This document shows positions 17,666 to 26,912 of a stretch of DNA of 64,000 nucleotides, piece by piece (position 1 is the stretch's first letter; every line of letters starts with the position of its first letter). The DNA is from Treponema sp. (GTDB lineage Bacteria > Spirochaetota > Spirochaetia > Treponematales > Breznakiellaceae): NCBI GenBank assembly GCA_031255645.1, contig JAIRSC010000090.1:10927-74926 (forward strand), given 5' to 3'. The notes beneath the pieces were generated by a model. That model saw nothing but the letters and a program-made list of their open reading frames with translations, searched no databases and was not told the DNA's origin. Position numbers and translations under genes: made by a program.

Positions 17666-18840
17666 AAAACCGAATCTTTACCGTTTTGCTGCTGACCGCT
17701 TTTGCCGTTCAGGGTTTTTGCCAGACAGAGCCGTCTTCGATAGCCGACCTGGACAGGGAAGCGGAAATAACCGCCGCCGCCGTTCTGGAATTTGTCCGAA
17801 GCGCGGACGCCATACGCAGCATACAAAACGAACAGGCGCCGGACGCTCCGCCTCTGGTCCGTTACTGGATCGAAACGATCCTGGCCCGCCTCAGCGCGGC
17901 CGGAACGAGCGCCGGGGGAGTCACCGTTTTCGACAACCCTTCCGCCCGTTCCGGCTATATTCTGCGCTGTTCGATTCTGGAACTTGGCTCCGTGGCGCGG
18001 ATATATACCAGGCTGATACGGCGCGCCGATTCTTCCGTCGCCGCGGCCTGGACAACGGATCTCGCGAAAACCCCGTATCTGAGCTATCTGCTCTCCGGCC
18101 AGGAAAACCACTGGGACAACTTTGAACCGGACAGCAGGGAACAGCCCGTAGTTCTGGAAATAAACGGAACGGAAATCTCGCGGAGCCTTCACACGGGCGA
18201 CCAGGACTGGTTTATCGTCAGTCCCGAAGAAGACGGCTATGTCGATATAACGACCAGCGGCCGAATAGACACCGTTATGGAGCTTTATACGGATTCTTTT
18301 GAGCTTATCGCCGAAAACGACGACGGCCCGGACGACTACAACGCCCGGCTTGGTCTTATGGTCGAACGGGGAAAAAACTACATTGTATTGGTACGCGGCT
18401 ATTCGGAAGACGAAACCGGATCATACGGCGTAAAAGCGGTTTTTTCCGTTCTTCCCGACAAAGACATGGAACCGAACGACAGCATGAGCGAGGCCTTCCC
18501 GATCTCCATCGATACGCCGGTTAAAGCCTTTATCTTTTCCGAAAACGAACAGGACTGGTACAGCTTCGTTCTTCCGGGCGGCTGTTTTGTTACCATCGAC
18601 GCCGTCGGAGAAGGGAGCGTGGATATGTTCCTGGAACTTTTTGACGCGGCGGGAAGAAAACTCGACGAAGACGATGATTCGGGACATAACGTCGATGCGA
18701 AAATTTCGCTGTTCCTTGAGGCGGGAACCTATTATATCAAGGCCGGCGCCTATGGAACCGGCGAATATTCGCTTGTCTGCGCGCTGAGGGAACCGAATCA
18801 GGCCGGCGCCTACGAGCCGGACGACAGGCGCGCTTATTGA
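17662..18840 (+). CDS. secreted protein with two pre-peptidase C-terminal (PPC)-like repeats
   Basis: 392 aa with a signal peptide (MKNRIFTVLLLTAFAVQGFC). Two similar modules contain DQDWF/EQDWY, a T(V/M)(M/F)LEL(Y/F)-type segment, ENDD/EDDD and a closing GxY motif. Confidence 0.55.
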   Translation: MKNRIFTVLLLTAFAVQGFCQTEPSSIADLDREAEITAAAVLEFVRSADAIRSIQNEQAPDAPPLVRYWIETILARLSAAGTSAGGVTVFDNPSARSGYILRCSILELGSVARIYTRLIRRADSSVAAAWTTDLAKTPYLSYLLSGQENHWDNFEPDSREQPVVLEINGTEISRSLHTGDQDWFIVSPEEDGYVDITTSGRIDTVMELYTDSFELIAENDDGPDDYNARLGLMVERGKNYIVLVRGYSEDETGSYGVKAVFSVLPDKDMEPNDSMSEAFPISIDTPVKAFIFSENEQDWYSFVLPGGCFVTIDAVGEGSVDMFLELFDAAGRKLDEDDDSGHNVDAKISLFLEAGTYYIKAGAYGTGEYSLVCALREPNQAGAYEPDDRRAY

Positions 18841-18985
18841 CGAAAACGACGATTCGGACGAAAGTTACGCGGCCTTTATCTCAAGGACGCCTCCGCCGGG
18901 GTTCCACTATATTCGCGTTCAGGCGCTAATTCCCCGGCGGATCGATCCTACAGGCTCAGCGTTATACGGGAACGAGCCTTTCCCG
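18841..18985 (+). pseudogene. degenerate remnant of a third PPC-like repeat downstream of the stop
   Basis: The +1 frame across the stop reads ALIDENDDSDESYAAFISRTPPPGFHYIRVQA (compare ELIAENDDGPDDYNARLGL and RKLDEDDDSGHNVDAKISL in the intact repeats). The original frame then reads SYRLSV, the typical repeat ending. The middle of the repeat is missing. Confidence 0.35.
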
Positions 18986-20488
18986 TCAAAATTTCCAGGT
19001 AAGCACGGTTTTTACATAACTGTTGTCCCGGTACTGGCCAAGTTCCCCGCCGCGGTCGCCGCCGAAAAAGCCCGCCGAAAGTTCCAGGGAAAGATCGTTC
19101 TTTGTCCAGGTAACGGCGGGAATAATAAGGAAATCCCTGTCCTCAATGCCCCAGAGGGCGGTGGCTTTTAGCTCCAGCTCGTCCCGAAGGATTTTTTTCG
19201 CCAGGATCGCGGTAATGCGGGTTGAGGTCACAGGAGTCGCTTCAGTCTCAAGCGAAGACGGCAGCAGACCCACGTTTATTATTTTCGCTTCGACATCAAG
19301 AATACCGGGATTTGCCGGGCTTAGCGCAATCTTGTTCTGCATCAGCCGAATTCTGCCGTTCCCCTGAAGGTTAAGATTGATCCCCCAAAAAAGATCCCGG
19401 TCAAAACCCAGCGAATACACGACGGCGGGGTTTTCCACCGCCGGATCACCGCCGTCAAGGTCCGAAGTCAGGTTAATACCCAGTTCGGAACGGACGTTAA
19501 ACCCGAAAAGAACCTGGGCGTAATCGACGCCGATTTGATGATACCGGGTATAACCGAAGTTAAAGTCCAGCTGCGGCGGTAGTAAAGCAATAATAGCGCT
19601 GAAGACCGGCCGGCGAAAATGCCCCGTATAGTACTGGAAGCCCAGATCCGCCCGGCCGAGCGTCGCCGTAAAACGGATTCCGCCCTGGGCGTGATCCAGG
19701 TTCTCTACACGGTCAAAATACTCGTCATTAATGCTCTTTCCCACCGATGTGAGCAAGGGCCCCAACTCCCGTATCCGCGCGGGCGCCCAGCGTCCCCGTT
19801 CGTCAATATCAAACCGATCGGCGCGAAACCACGGGACGAACACGCCCTCGATTCTCGTAAAGTTTCCGGGCCGGAAAGAAAGATGAACCATCGGCCGGGC
19901 GATCTTCATCGCGGACTGGTTGGTAATGTCGGTCAAGTCCGAGTAGTCAAAGGGGTTGATCACGTCAAGCGGGCCCATGCTGTCCGCCCGGCCCCAGCTT
20001 AGCTTCCGCAGGCCCAGTTCCGCCTCGAAAGCCCGCGCGGCAAAGCGCGCATAGGCTTCGTCAACCAGAAGCAGCCTGTCGGTATCAAAACGTAAATTCA
20101 AAAATCCGTCCAGATAGGGGCTGAGTAACGAAACGTCAAGCCTGCCCGAAATATCCCCCAGGCTCTCAATATCAAACTCCTCGTCTCCGGTAAAAACCCT
20201 GTCGTAGAGCAAAAGCCGCCCGGAGACTTCGCCGTTTGCCTTCAGCGCGGGAAGGCCGGAACCGCCGTCAAAACCGAAATTGCTTTCATCGCCAAAACCG
20301 AAACCGCCGCCAAAGCCGCTTTCATCGTCAAAACCCTGACCGTCCGGCGCCTCTTCGCTCCAATCGTCGTCCGCCGGGCCAAAACCAAAGTCCTGGGCGG
20401 AAAGCGTCGAAAACGCGCAGGCCAGAATCAGGACGGGAACAAGACGCCGCAGCCCCGACGACGTTTTCATTCGCGTCGGGCGCTTCAT
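18986..20488 (-). CDS. predicted outer-membrane beta-barrel protein with acidic FG-rich N-terminal segment
   Basis: 500 aa. Signal peptide ...ACAFSTLSAQD, alternating beta-strand-like pattern, C-terminal ...VKTVLTWKF (terminal Phe). Overlaps the LolA-like gene by 4 nt. Confidence 0.5.
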   Translation of the reverse strand: MKRPTRMKTSSGLRRLVPVLILACAFSTLSAQDFGFGPADDDWSEEAPDGQGFDDESGFGGGFGFGDESNFGFDGGSGLPALKANGEVSGRLLLYDRVFTGDEEFDIESLGDISGRLDVSLLSPYLDGFLNLRFDTDRLLLVDEAYARFAARAFEAELGLRKLSWGRADSMGPLDVINPFDYSDLTDITNQSAMKIARPMVHLSFRPGNFTRIEGVFVPWFRADRFDIDERGRWAPARIRELGPLLTSVGKSINDEYFDRVENLDHAQGGIRFTATLGRADLGFQYYTGHFRRPVFSAIIALLPPQLDFNFGYTRYHQIGVDYAQVLFGFNVRSELGINLTSDLDGGDPAVENPAVVYSLGFDRDLFWGINLNLQGNGRIRLMQNKIALSPANPGILDVEAKIINVGLLPSSLETEATPVTSTRITAILAKKILRDELELKATALWGIEDRDFLIIPAVTWTKNDLSLELSAGFFGGDRGGELGQYRDNSYVKTVLTWKF

Positions 20489-21258
20489 CGCGCCCTCCCT
20501 TTTTCGAGGAACGAGGTGGTAAAAACCTGTTCGGGAATGGGGTCGTCGTATTTGAGAATTTCCACGTTAATCGTGGTGTTGGTTCCCGAGGCGAGCGTAG
20601 TCATCCGCGTCCGTACCGGGGAAAGCCTTCCCTGGATATCTTTCAGCTCGAGCGTTTCAAGGGTCTTCACGTGGACTCCCCTTTTGTCGAAAAGATCTAT
20701 CCGGTAATTGACCTGGTCGTTCTTTCCTATCCACTGAACCATTTTCGAATACTGATAGGATCTGTCTTTCGGCTTTGACTCGATAACATAGCACGCCTTG
20801 CCGTTAAGGTTTTCTTCCCGGAGCAGCGTATGGGTATCAAGATCCGCGTTCCTGTCCGCGGAAGAAATGTCGTCGTAGGAAAAATCCGTTCCTACAAAGC
20901 TGCCTGATCCTTCGGAAGCGGCGATACGGCGGACTTTTCCAAGCGAGGGCAGAAATATCCACTGATCGTTCGCGCCGCTTCTGTTTTCCATTGTAAGGAA
21001 GCGGGTGTTCGCCACATTGGCGGGACTCTGGAAAACAACCACCATTCTTGAGCCGTTCGGACCGTCTTTTGAATACTGATCGATGCGCCGTTCCGTGGTG
21101 GAACCGTTTTTCGCGGTAATGATCATCCTGGACCGGTTCGATGTGGTATCGGCGCCGATTCTGTCCCTGGAAGCCCGGATAATGGAAGCGGCGTCCTGGG
21201 CGGCCGCTCCGAAAACCGTGACGAGCAGGGCGGAAAAAACGAGAATAAAGCGTTTCAT
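20485..21258 (-). CDS. outer-membrane lipoprotein-sorting (LolA-like) protein
   Basis: 257 aa with a signal peptide. Size and adjacency to an MMPL exporter fit the LolA_like family usually paired with RND-type exporters. This rests on family memory and context. Confidence 0.55.
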   Translation of the reverse strand: MKRFILVFSALLVTVFGAAAQDAASIIRASRDRIGADTTSNRSRMIITAKNGSTTERRIDQYSKDGPNGSRMVVVFQSPANVANTRFLTMENRSGANDQWIFLPSLGKVRRIAASEGSGSFVGTDFSYDDISSADRNADLDTHTLLREENLNGKACYVIESKPKDRSYQYSKMVQWIGKNDQVNYRIDLFDKRGVHVKTLETLELKDIQGRLSPVRTRMTTLASGTNTTINVEILKYDDPIPEQVFTTSFLEKGRAR

Positions 21259-21293
21259 TTTACACTCCTGACATTCGGCTTTTCACAAAATTT

Positions 21294-24011
21294 CTATTTT
21301 GAAAAAGCCCCGTTTTTGTTTTTAAATACAAAGGCCGGCTTTATCGCTAAAAGCAGGGCCGGTATTACCGTAAGACTTACCAGGGCGCTTACTCCCATGG
21401 TCAGGGCGATAAGAAGCCCGAAATCGCCCAGCATATTGAAGCGCGAAAAAATGAGCACGGCGAATCCCGCTCCTACCGACACGGCGTTGATGATAATCGC
21501 CTTTCCCGAAACGGCGAAAGTCCCGTTGAGAAAGTTCTTTTTGGCGGACGGCTCCTTGTCGAAACGGGCAAGGTCTGTAACGCCCTGTTCCGCCGCTTCC
21601 CGCTTAAAGGCTTCCATATAGTGAATCATATAGTCGATGCCTATGCCCACCGCGAGGCTCGCTATCATCGAAGTACCGATATTGAGCTTTATGCCAAGAA
21701 AGCCCATAACGGCAAAGTTTATCAGTATTGAAATTGAAAGAGGCACAATGCCGATAATGCCTCCGATAACGGATTTATTCGACACGGCGAGTATTATGAA
21801 CACCAGGGCAAGGGAAAGGAAAACCGAGATAACCTGGGACTGTACCACTTCCCGGTTAAGCGAAGATTCCACCATCGCGCTTCCCCCAATCGTAACGTTG
21901 ACGTCGTCGGGAAAATTGGCTTTTATAAAGCGCCTGATTTCGTCAAGCGCCCGCCCCGTGTCGGCTTCTCCCAGGGTACGCAGCTGTACGGTACTTTTGA
22001 TGGCCGTCGGCTCCAGGGGATCGTTGGCGTAAGAGTCGATGCTGCCGGAAAGCAGGACAAGGTAATTTGAAATCAGCGCGGAAAGTTCTTCGGGTTTTGT
22101 TTTGCCGTAACGGGCCGGATCGGAGGGCACCTCGTAATAGGACGCGCCCTCGTAATTGAGAAGTTTTTTCAGCTCCCACACAAGGTCCGCGGCGCCGATT
22201 TCCCGGTTCCGCCCGGATTGGGACGCCCGGCCTAACAGTTCCGTTATTTCCTCAATCGTCCAGGCCTTTTCCCCGGAAAGCCGGGCGTCCGCCAGGGGAA
22301 CGGGCGCCGCTTCGCCGGCGGGCTCGTCGCCGAAACCGGACGCGGCGCCAAAGCCGAATGCCGGCTCATCACCGAAACCGAACGCTGGTTCGCCGGCGGT
22401 CCCGTCATCGAAACCGAACGCCGCCTCGTCCGGGGTTTCCGCACGACGAAGGCCGTCGGGACTTTCGTCAATGTTAAAGACCTGGTTAATCCGCTTGACA
22501 AGGTCCGTAAAACCCATAACCTTGCCGACTTCGGGAACCGAGCTTTCAAGATAGGCGGCCAGGGAATCCATCGCGGCAAGGTTTTCCGGGCCAAGGAGGA
22601 TTTCGCTTGAATCCGCCTCGGTTACCACGCTTACAATTTTCGATCCGCCGAATTTCTCCCTGATAAAGCGATCCGATTTTGAAATGTCGGTATCGGCCTT
22701 AAAGTATTCGATAAACACATTGTCGATGATAAGTCTGGACGCGCCCAGGATCGAAACAAGTATCAGAACGGAAGAGCAGACAAAGACGAGTCCCCTGTGC
22801 ATGGTAATGGCGGTGAAAAAACGGCCGACGTTCCGGCCAAAGAAGCCTTCCGTTGAACGCCGCGCCGCGCCGGGGCTTTTCCGTTCCGGCCCCCGCAGGA
22901 TAAGGAGGGCGGGGATCATCGTCATGGCGACGCCAAACGAAACCAGTACCCCAAAACTCGAAAAAAAGCCGAATTCCCGGATAGGCAGGACCGTGGTAAA
23001 ACAAAACGAGCAAAAACCGACAAACGTGGTAAGGGCGGCGAGAAAAACCGGCTTCAGTATCTTTTTTACCATCGCGTATACAAGCTCAAAGTGCTCTTCC
23101 CTGCTCATGATCCCGCCGGAAACTCCAATGTGGTCCCGGTAATGGGTAATAACGTGAATCCCGTAGGCGCTTCCCACGGCGACGAGTATTACCGGAAGCA
23201 CGGTAGAAATTACCGAAAGTTTTACGTCGAAAAACGGCATGGCCCCCACGGACCATACGGCGGCGACAAGAACCGTCAAAAGAGTCAGGATCACGGCGGA
23301 CAGGCGCCTGAACGAAAAGAAAAGGACGACAAACACGACAAGAATTACCAGCGGAACCAGAAGCATCAGATCAGAGACGACGGCTTCGCTGATCGTCGCG
23401 CTGATTACCGGAATCCCCGTTACATAGACCTCCGCCCGCCCGTCGAACATCTCCAGGGCGATGTCCCGTACCTGGATAAAACTGCTCACCACTTCGGGCT
23501 TGCCGGCGTCCTCGCTCGGCACGTTCAACGGCACGAGAATTTGCGTGGCGGTAAAATCGTCGGAAACAAGGGAACGCCGGTACATATCCCAGGAAAGAAG
23601 CCGCTGTTTTAATACGGCGATTTCCTCTTTGGTCCCGGAAAAATCGTCGGCCAGCAGTTTTTCCACCGTAACGGCGTCGCCCGAACCGGTAATATAGTCG
23701 GCGTTGACAATGGAACTAACCGGATCGACGATATCAATCAGTTCGATCCTGTCTATATATTCGCGTACCGCTTCAAGGAACGAGGCTTCAAATACGTCGC
23801 CGTATTGCCGTTTAAGCCCGACAAGAATAAAGAGAGAGCTTCCAAAGGTATCGTCAATATACTCGGAAACCTTGCGGGCGGGATCGTTTGGGGAAATAAA
23901 ACGGAAATTATTGTTGTCCAGTTCCACTCTGGGAAGCTGAAGCGCGAAGAAAACCGTAATTATCCCGATTACACAAAGAATGATTACAGGATGACTATAG
24001 ACTTTTCTCAT
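21294..24011 (-). CDS. MMPL/RND-superfamily exporter (12-TM, two large periplasmic loops)
   Basis: 905 aa. Two blocks of about 5-6 hydrophobic helices (residues about 200-370 and 730-880), each preceded by a large soluble loop, as in MMPL transporters. Confidence 0.8.
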   Translation of the reverse strand: MRKVYSHPVIILCVIGIITVFFALQLPRVELDNNNFRFISPNDPARKVSEYIDDTFGSSLFILVGLKRQYGDVFEASFLEAVREYIDRIELIDIVDPVSSIVNADYITGSGDAVTVEKLLADDFSGTKEEIAVLKQRLLSWDMYRRSLVSDDFTATQILVPLNVPSEDAGKPEVVSSFIQVRDIALEMFDGRAEVYVTGIPVISATISEAVVSDLMLLVPLVILVVFVVLFFSFRRLSAVILTLLTVLVAAVWSVGAMPFFDVKLSVISTVLPVILVAVGSAYGIHVITHYRDHIGVSGGIMSREEHFELVYAMVKKILKPVFLAALTTFVGFCSFCFTTVLPIREFGFFSSFGVLVSFGVAMTMIPALLILRGPERKSPGAARRSTEGFFGRNVGRFFTAITMHRGLVFVCSSVLILVSILGASRLIIDNVFIEYFKADTDISKSDRFIREKFGGSKIVSVVTEADSSEILLGPENLAAMDSLAAYLESSVPEVGKVMGFTDLVKRINQVFNIDESPDGLRRAETPDEAAFGFDDGTAGEPAFGFGDEPAFGFGAASGFGDEPAGEAAPVPLADARLSGEKAWTIEEITELLGRASQSGRNREIGAADLVWELKKLLNYEGASYYEVPSDPARYGKTKPEELSALISNYLVLLSGSIDSYANDPLEPTAIKSTVQLRTLGEADTGRALDEIRRFIKANFPDDVNVTIGGSAMVESSLNREVVQSQVISVFLSLALVFIILAVSNKSVIGGIIGIVPLSISILINFAVMGFLGIKLNIGTSMIASLAVGIGIDYMIHYMEAFKREAAEQGVTDLARFDKEPSAKKNFLNGTFAVSGKAIIINAVSVGAGFAVLIFSRFNMLGDFGLLIALTMGVSALVSLTVIPALLLAIKPAFVFKNKNGAFSK

Positions 24012-24092
24012 TTTTAAATACTCTGGGGTTTTTCGAAAACGCCGAAAAGTTCCGCCTCGTCAACGTTCCGCGGTAAAACCCCCTATACATAC

Positions 24093-24121
24093 AACATATG
24101 AAGAGCAAAGGACGCTGTCAA
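24093..24121 (-). promoter_or_regulatory. candidate sigma70 promoter for the MMPL operon
   Basis: Minus-strand reading is TTGACA-17 nt-TATGTT. It lies about 80 nt upstream of the ATG at 24011. Confidence 0.4.
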
Positions 24122-24410
24122 GAATTTACGGTAATTTTTCTTGGGCCGCAATACGGCGTTCAAATGAAGAACCCAGGAACAAGCTCCTGGGTATGAACCC
24201 CGCTTGCGAATCAACCGCGCCTACTAGCGAAAAACAGCATTAGCTGGTACTGTTTAACAGGGTTTTCAAAACGGTCGATCTTATAATGGCTCCGTGGACT
24301 TCCCCGCTTCTTCCAGAGGAGTTTTGCCGTTTTGATACCGGGCCGCGCCAAAAGCCGCCGTTAAGCAAGAAAAAAACGGCTTCAGGCGTCCTGTTACGGT
24401 TTCCCGAAAT

Positions 24411-26807
24411 ATGCGGATACAACGAAACATGAGTAAAACGAAAAGCGTCGCCGGCCCTATTACCGTCTCCACCGTTTTGGCCGTTCTTGTCTTCAGCGTC
24501 GCTCTTGTAACCCTGATGGGCGTTTTCATGAATATGCTGACAGAACAGGTACTGCGGCGGCTGTTCCTGATAACCGCGAAAACCGCCGCCAAAGACCTGG
24601 AAGGCGATCCCCACACTCTGGCGGATCGCTTTTTGCTGCTCCGTGACGACATACCGTTTGACCCCGGCGCGGGCGGCGGGGCTTTTATCATCGACCCGGA
24701 AGGAACCGTAATCGCCCATTGGGAGCCGGACAGGGCGCTCAACAGGGAACACATCGCGGACGGCCTTGGCGTAAATTCCAAAACCGCTGAAGAACTTGTC
24801 CTTATGACCACGGGCCGGACAGGATCGACGGTTCTCAACACGCCCCGCGGACGGATTTTTCTTGGTTACGCGCCGATTGAGGGAACCGGCCGGTTTCTGG
24901 GAATCCAGGCCCCCCGCGCAAACTTTAGCCTTCCGCTGCGGAACGCCGTTGTTATATGCGCGCTTATGACCGTCATTTTCCTGTTCTCTTTTACCCTTGT
25001 CTTCGCGACAACGGTGAAGCGCATACTAAGCGGGCCCCTCTCGGCAATTACCGTCAGCGCCAACAGGTTGGCCGCGGGGATCTTTGGGGAAGAACTGCCG
25101 CAAAGCATAACCGGCCGGAACGACGAAATAGGCAGGCTCGGCGAAGCCTACCTTTCGGTTTCGGCGGCCATCAGCCGGGTCATAGGAGACATCGGACAGC
25201 TTACAAAATCGGCAAGGGAAGGCTTTCTTAACGAACGGGCGGACATGGCGAATCACCAGGGGGACTACCATCTTATCATTGCCGGGATTAACGCGATGAT
25301 GGATGTTTTCTGTTCCCATTTCAACGTCATGCCCGCCGCGCTCGCCCTGTTCAACGCCGAAGCCGCCCCGCTGTACATCAACGGCAAAATGGCGGAGATT
25401 CTGAAACGCCACGGCTTCGACAGCGCCGATCCCCGACTGCTTTCCACCCTTCTGAACAAACCGGACTGGCAGGCCCTGTTCGATCCCCGGGAAGGTCTTG
25501 GCGTTTTTTATGATGAGCTTTCGCTTCCCGATCCCGGCGGAATTCCGCGAAACTACACGGTAAGCCTTCAGTGCATACTGGACGAAAAATCGGTCATTAT
25601 GATCGTCCAGGACATTACCCAGCTTACCAGGGCCCGCGTTGACGCGGAAGCGGCAAGTACGGCCAAAAGTAATTTCCTTGCCAACATGAGCCACGAAATG
25701 CGCACCCCGATGAACGCGATTATCGGCATGACAAGCCTGGCGAAGACGTCACACGACATCGCGCGGAAAGATTACTGTCTGGAAAAAATCGAAAACGCCG
25801 CCGTCCATCTTTTGGGCGTGATCAACGATGTTCTGGATATGTCGAAAATCGAGGCAAACAAGCTGGAGATTGTCTGCCGGGAATTTAACCTTGAAAGAGC
25901 GCTTCGGGAAGCCGCCGGCGTTATGGCGCCCCAAATCGAAGAAAAACGCCAAACCTTTTCTTTTGAATTCGACGAGGCGATGCCCCGCAATGTAATCGGC
26001 GACGAACAGCGGCTTTCCCAGGTCGTCGCCAGCCTGCTTTCCAACGCGGTCAAATTCACCCCGGACAGGGGCCAGATTAAACTTGAGGCGAGGCCTCTTG
26101 AGGAACAGGGGGAAATCATAACCGCCGAAATCGCGATCAGCGATACGGGTATCGGCATAAGCGAAGAACAGCAGGCAAAGCTCTTTAGTTCTTTCCAGCA
26201 GGCGGACGCGGGCATTTCCCGCCGCTTCGGGGGCACAGGTCTGGGGCTCGCGATATCAAAACGCATCGTGGAAATGCTGAACGGTTCTTTTTCCGTCCGT
26301 TCCGCCCCCGGCAAGGGTTCAACCTTTTCTTTTACGACGGAACTTAGGCGGGGAACGGATCAGGCCGGCGATCCGGAACCGGGCCCAAAAAAGGAACTTC
26401 CCGCGGCCGACTTTGCGGAACACACGATACTGCTCGCGGAAGACGTGGAAATAAACCGGGAAATTGTCCTTGCTCTGCTGGAACCGACCGGCGTTACCAT
26501 AGACTGCGCCGAAAACGGCATTGCCGCCTTTCGGCTCTACGCTGAAAACCCGGAAAAATACAGCATGATCTTTATGGATGTACACATGCCCGAAATGGAC
26601 GGCTACGAAACCACCCGCCGTATCCGCGCCTTCGAGGCCGAAAAAGCCCTCAAAGCCGTAGCAATCGTCGCGATGACCGCCAATGTGTTCCGCCAGGACA
26701 TAGAGCGCTGCCTTGCCTCGGGCATGAACGATCACATCGGCAAGCCCCTTGATTTTAACGTGGTGATTGAAAAGCTCCGTATTTACCTGGAGTCAAAGCG
26801 CGCGTAA
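24411..26807 (+). CDS. membrane-bound hybrid sensor histidine kinase (periplasmic sensor-HAMP-HisKA-HATPase-REC)
   Basis: 798 aa. Two TM helices flank a sensor loop of about 150 aa. HAMP-like region, H-box FLANMSHEMRTPMNAI, DTGIGI and GTGLGLAI, receiver ILLAEDV...DVHMPEMDG...MTANV. The start may instead be ATG 24429. Confidence 0.85.
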   Translation: MRIQRNMSKTKSVAGPITVSTVLAVLVFSVALVTLMGVFMNMLTEQVLRRLFLITAKTAAKDLEGDPHTLADRFLLLRDDIPFDPGAGGGAFIIDPEGTVIAHWEPDRALNREHIADGLGVNSKTAEELVLMTTGRTGSTVLNTPRGRIFLGYAPIEGTGRFLGIQAPRANFSLPLRNAVVICALMTVIFLFSFTLVFATTVKRILSGPLSAITVSANRLAAGIFGEELPQSITGRNDEIGRLGEAYLSVSAAISRVIGDIGQLTKSAREGFLNERADMANHQGDYHLIIAGINAMMDVFCSHFNVMPAALALFNAEAAPLYINGKMAEILKRHGFDSADPRLLSTLLNKPDWQALFDPREGLGVFYDELSLPDPGGIPRNYTVSLQCILDEKSVIMIVQDITQLTRARVDAEAASTAKSNFLANMSHEMRTPMNAIIGMTSLAKTSHDIARKDYCLEKIENAAVHLLGVINDVLDMSKIEANKLEIVCREFNLERALREAAGVMAPQIEEKRQTFSFEFDEAMPRNVIGDEQRLSQVVASLLSNAVKFTPDRGQIKLEARPLEEQGEIITAEIAISDTGIGISEEQQAKLFSSFQQADAGISRRFGGTGLGLAISKRIVEMLNGSFSVRSAPGKGSTFSFTTELRRGTDQAGDPEPGPKKELPAADFAEHTILLAEDVEINREIVLALLEPTGVTIDCAENGIAAFRLYAENPEKYSMIFMDVHMPEMDGYETTRRIRAFEAEKALKAVAIVAMTANVFRQDIERCLASGMNDHIGKPLDFNVVIEKLRIYLESKRA

Positions 26808-26912
26808 AACCCCGCAGGCCCGCTCAATTCGAATTCCCCAGCGACAACCGGCAATAAAAAAGAGCCGCCCTTTACGGACGGCCCTTTCGGTCTTTATTTC
26901 TATATCCGGCTC

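Noticed and set aside
16331-18192. Minus-strand ORFs of 259 aa and 284 aa overlapping hisS and the PPC-repeat gene.
   Set aside because: They are antisense to genes with strong signatures or repeats and show no motifs of their own.
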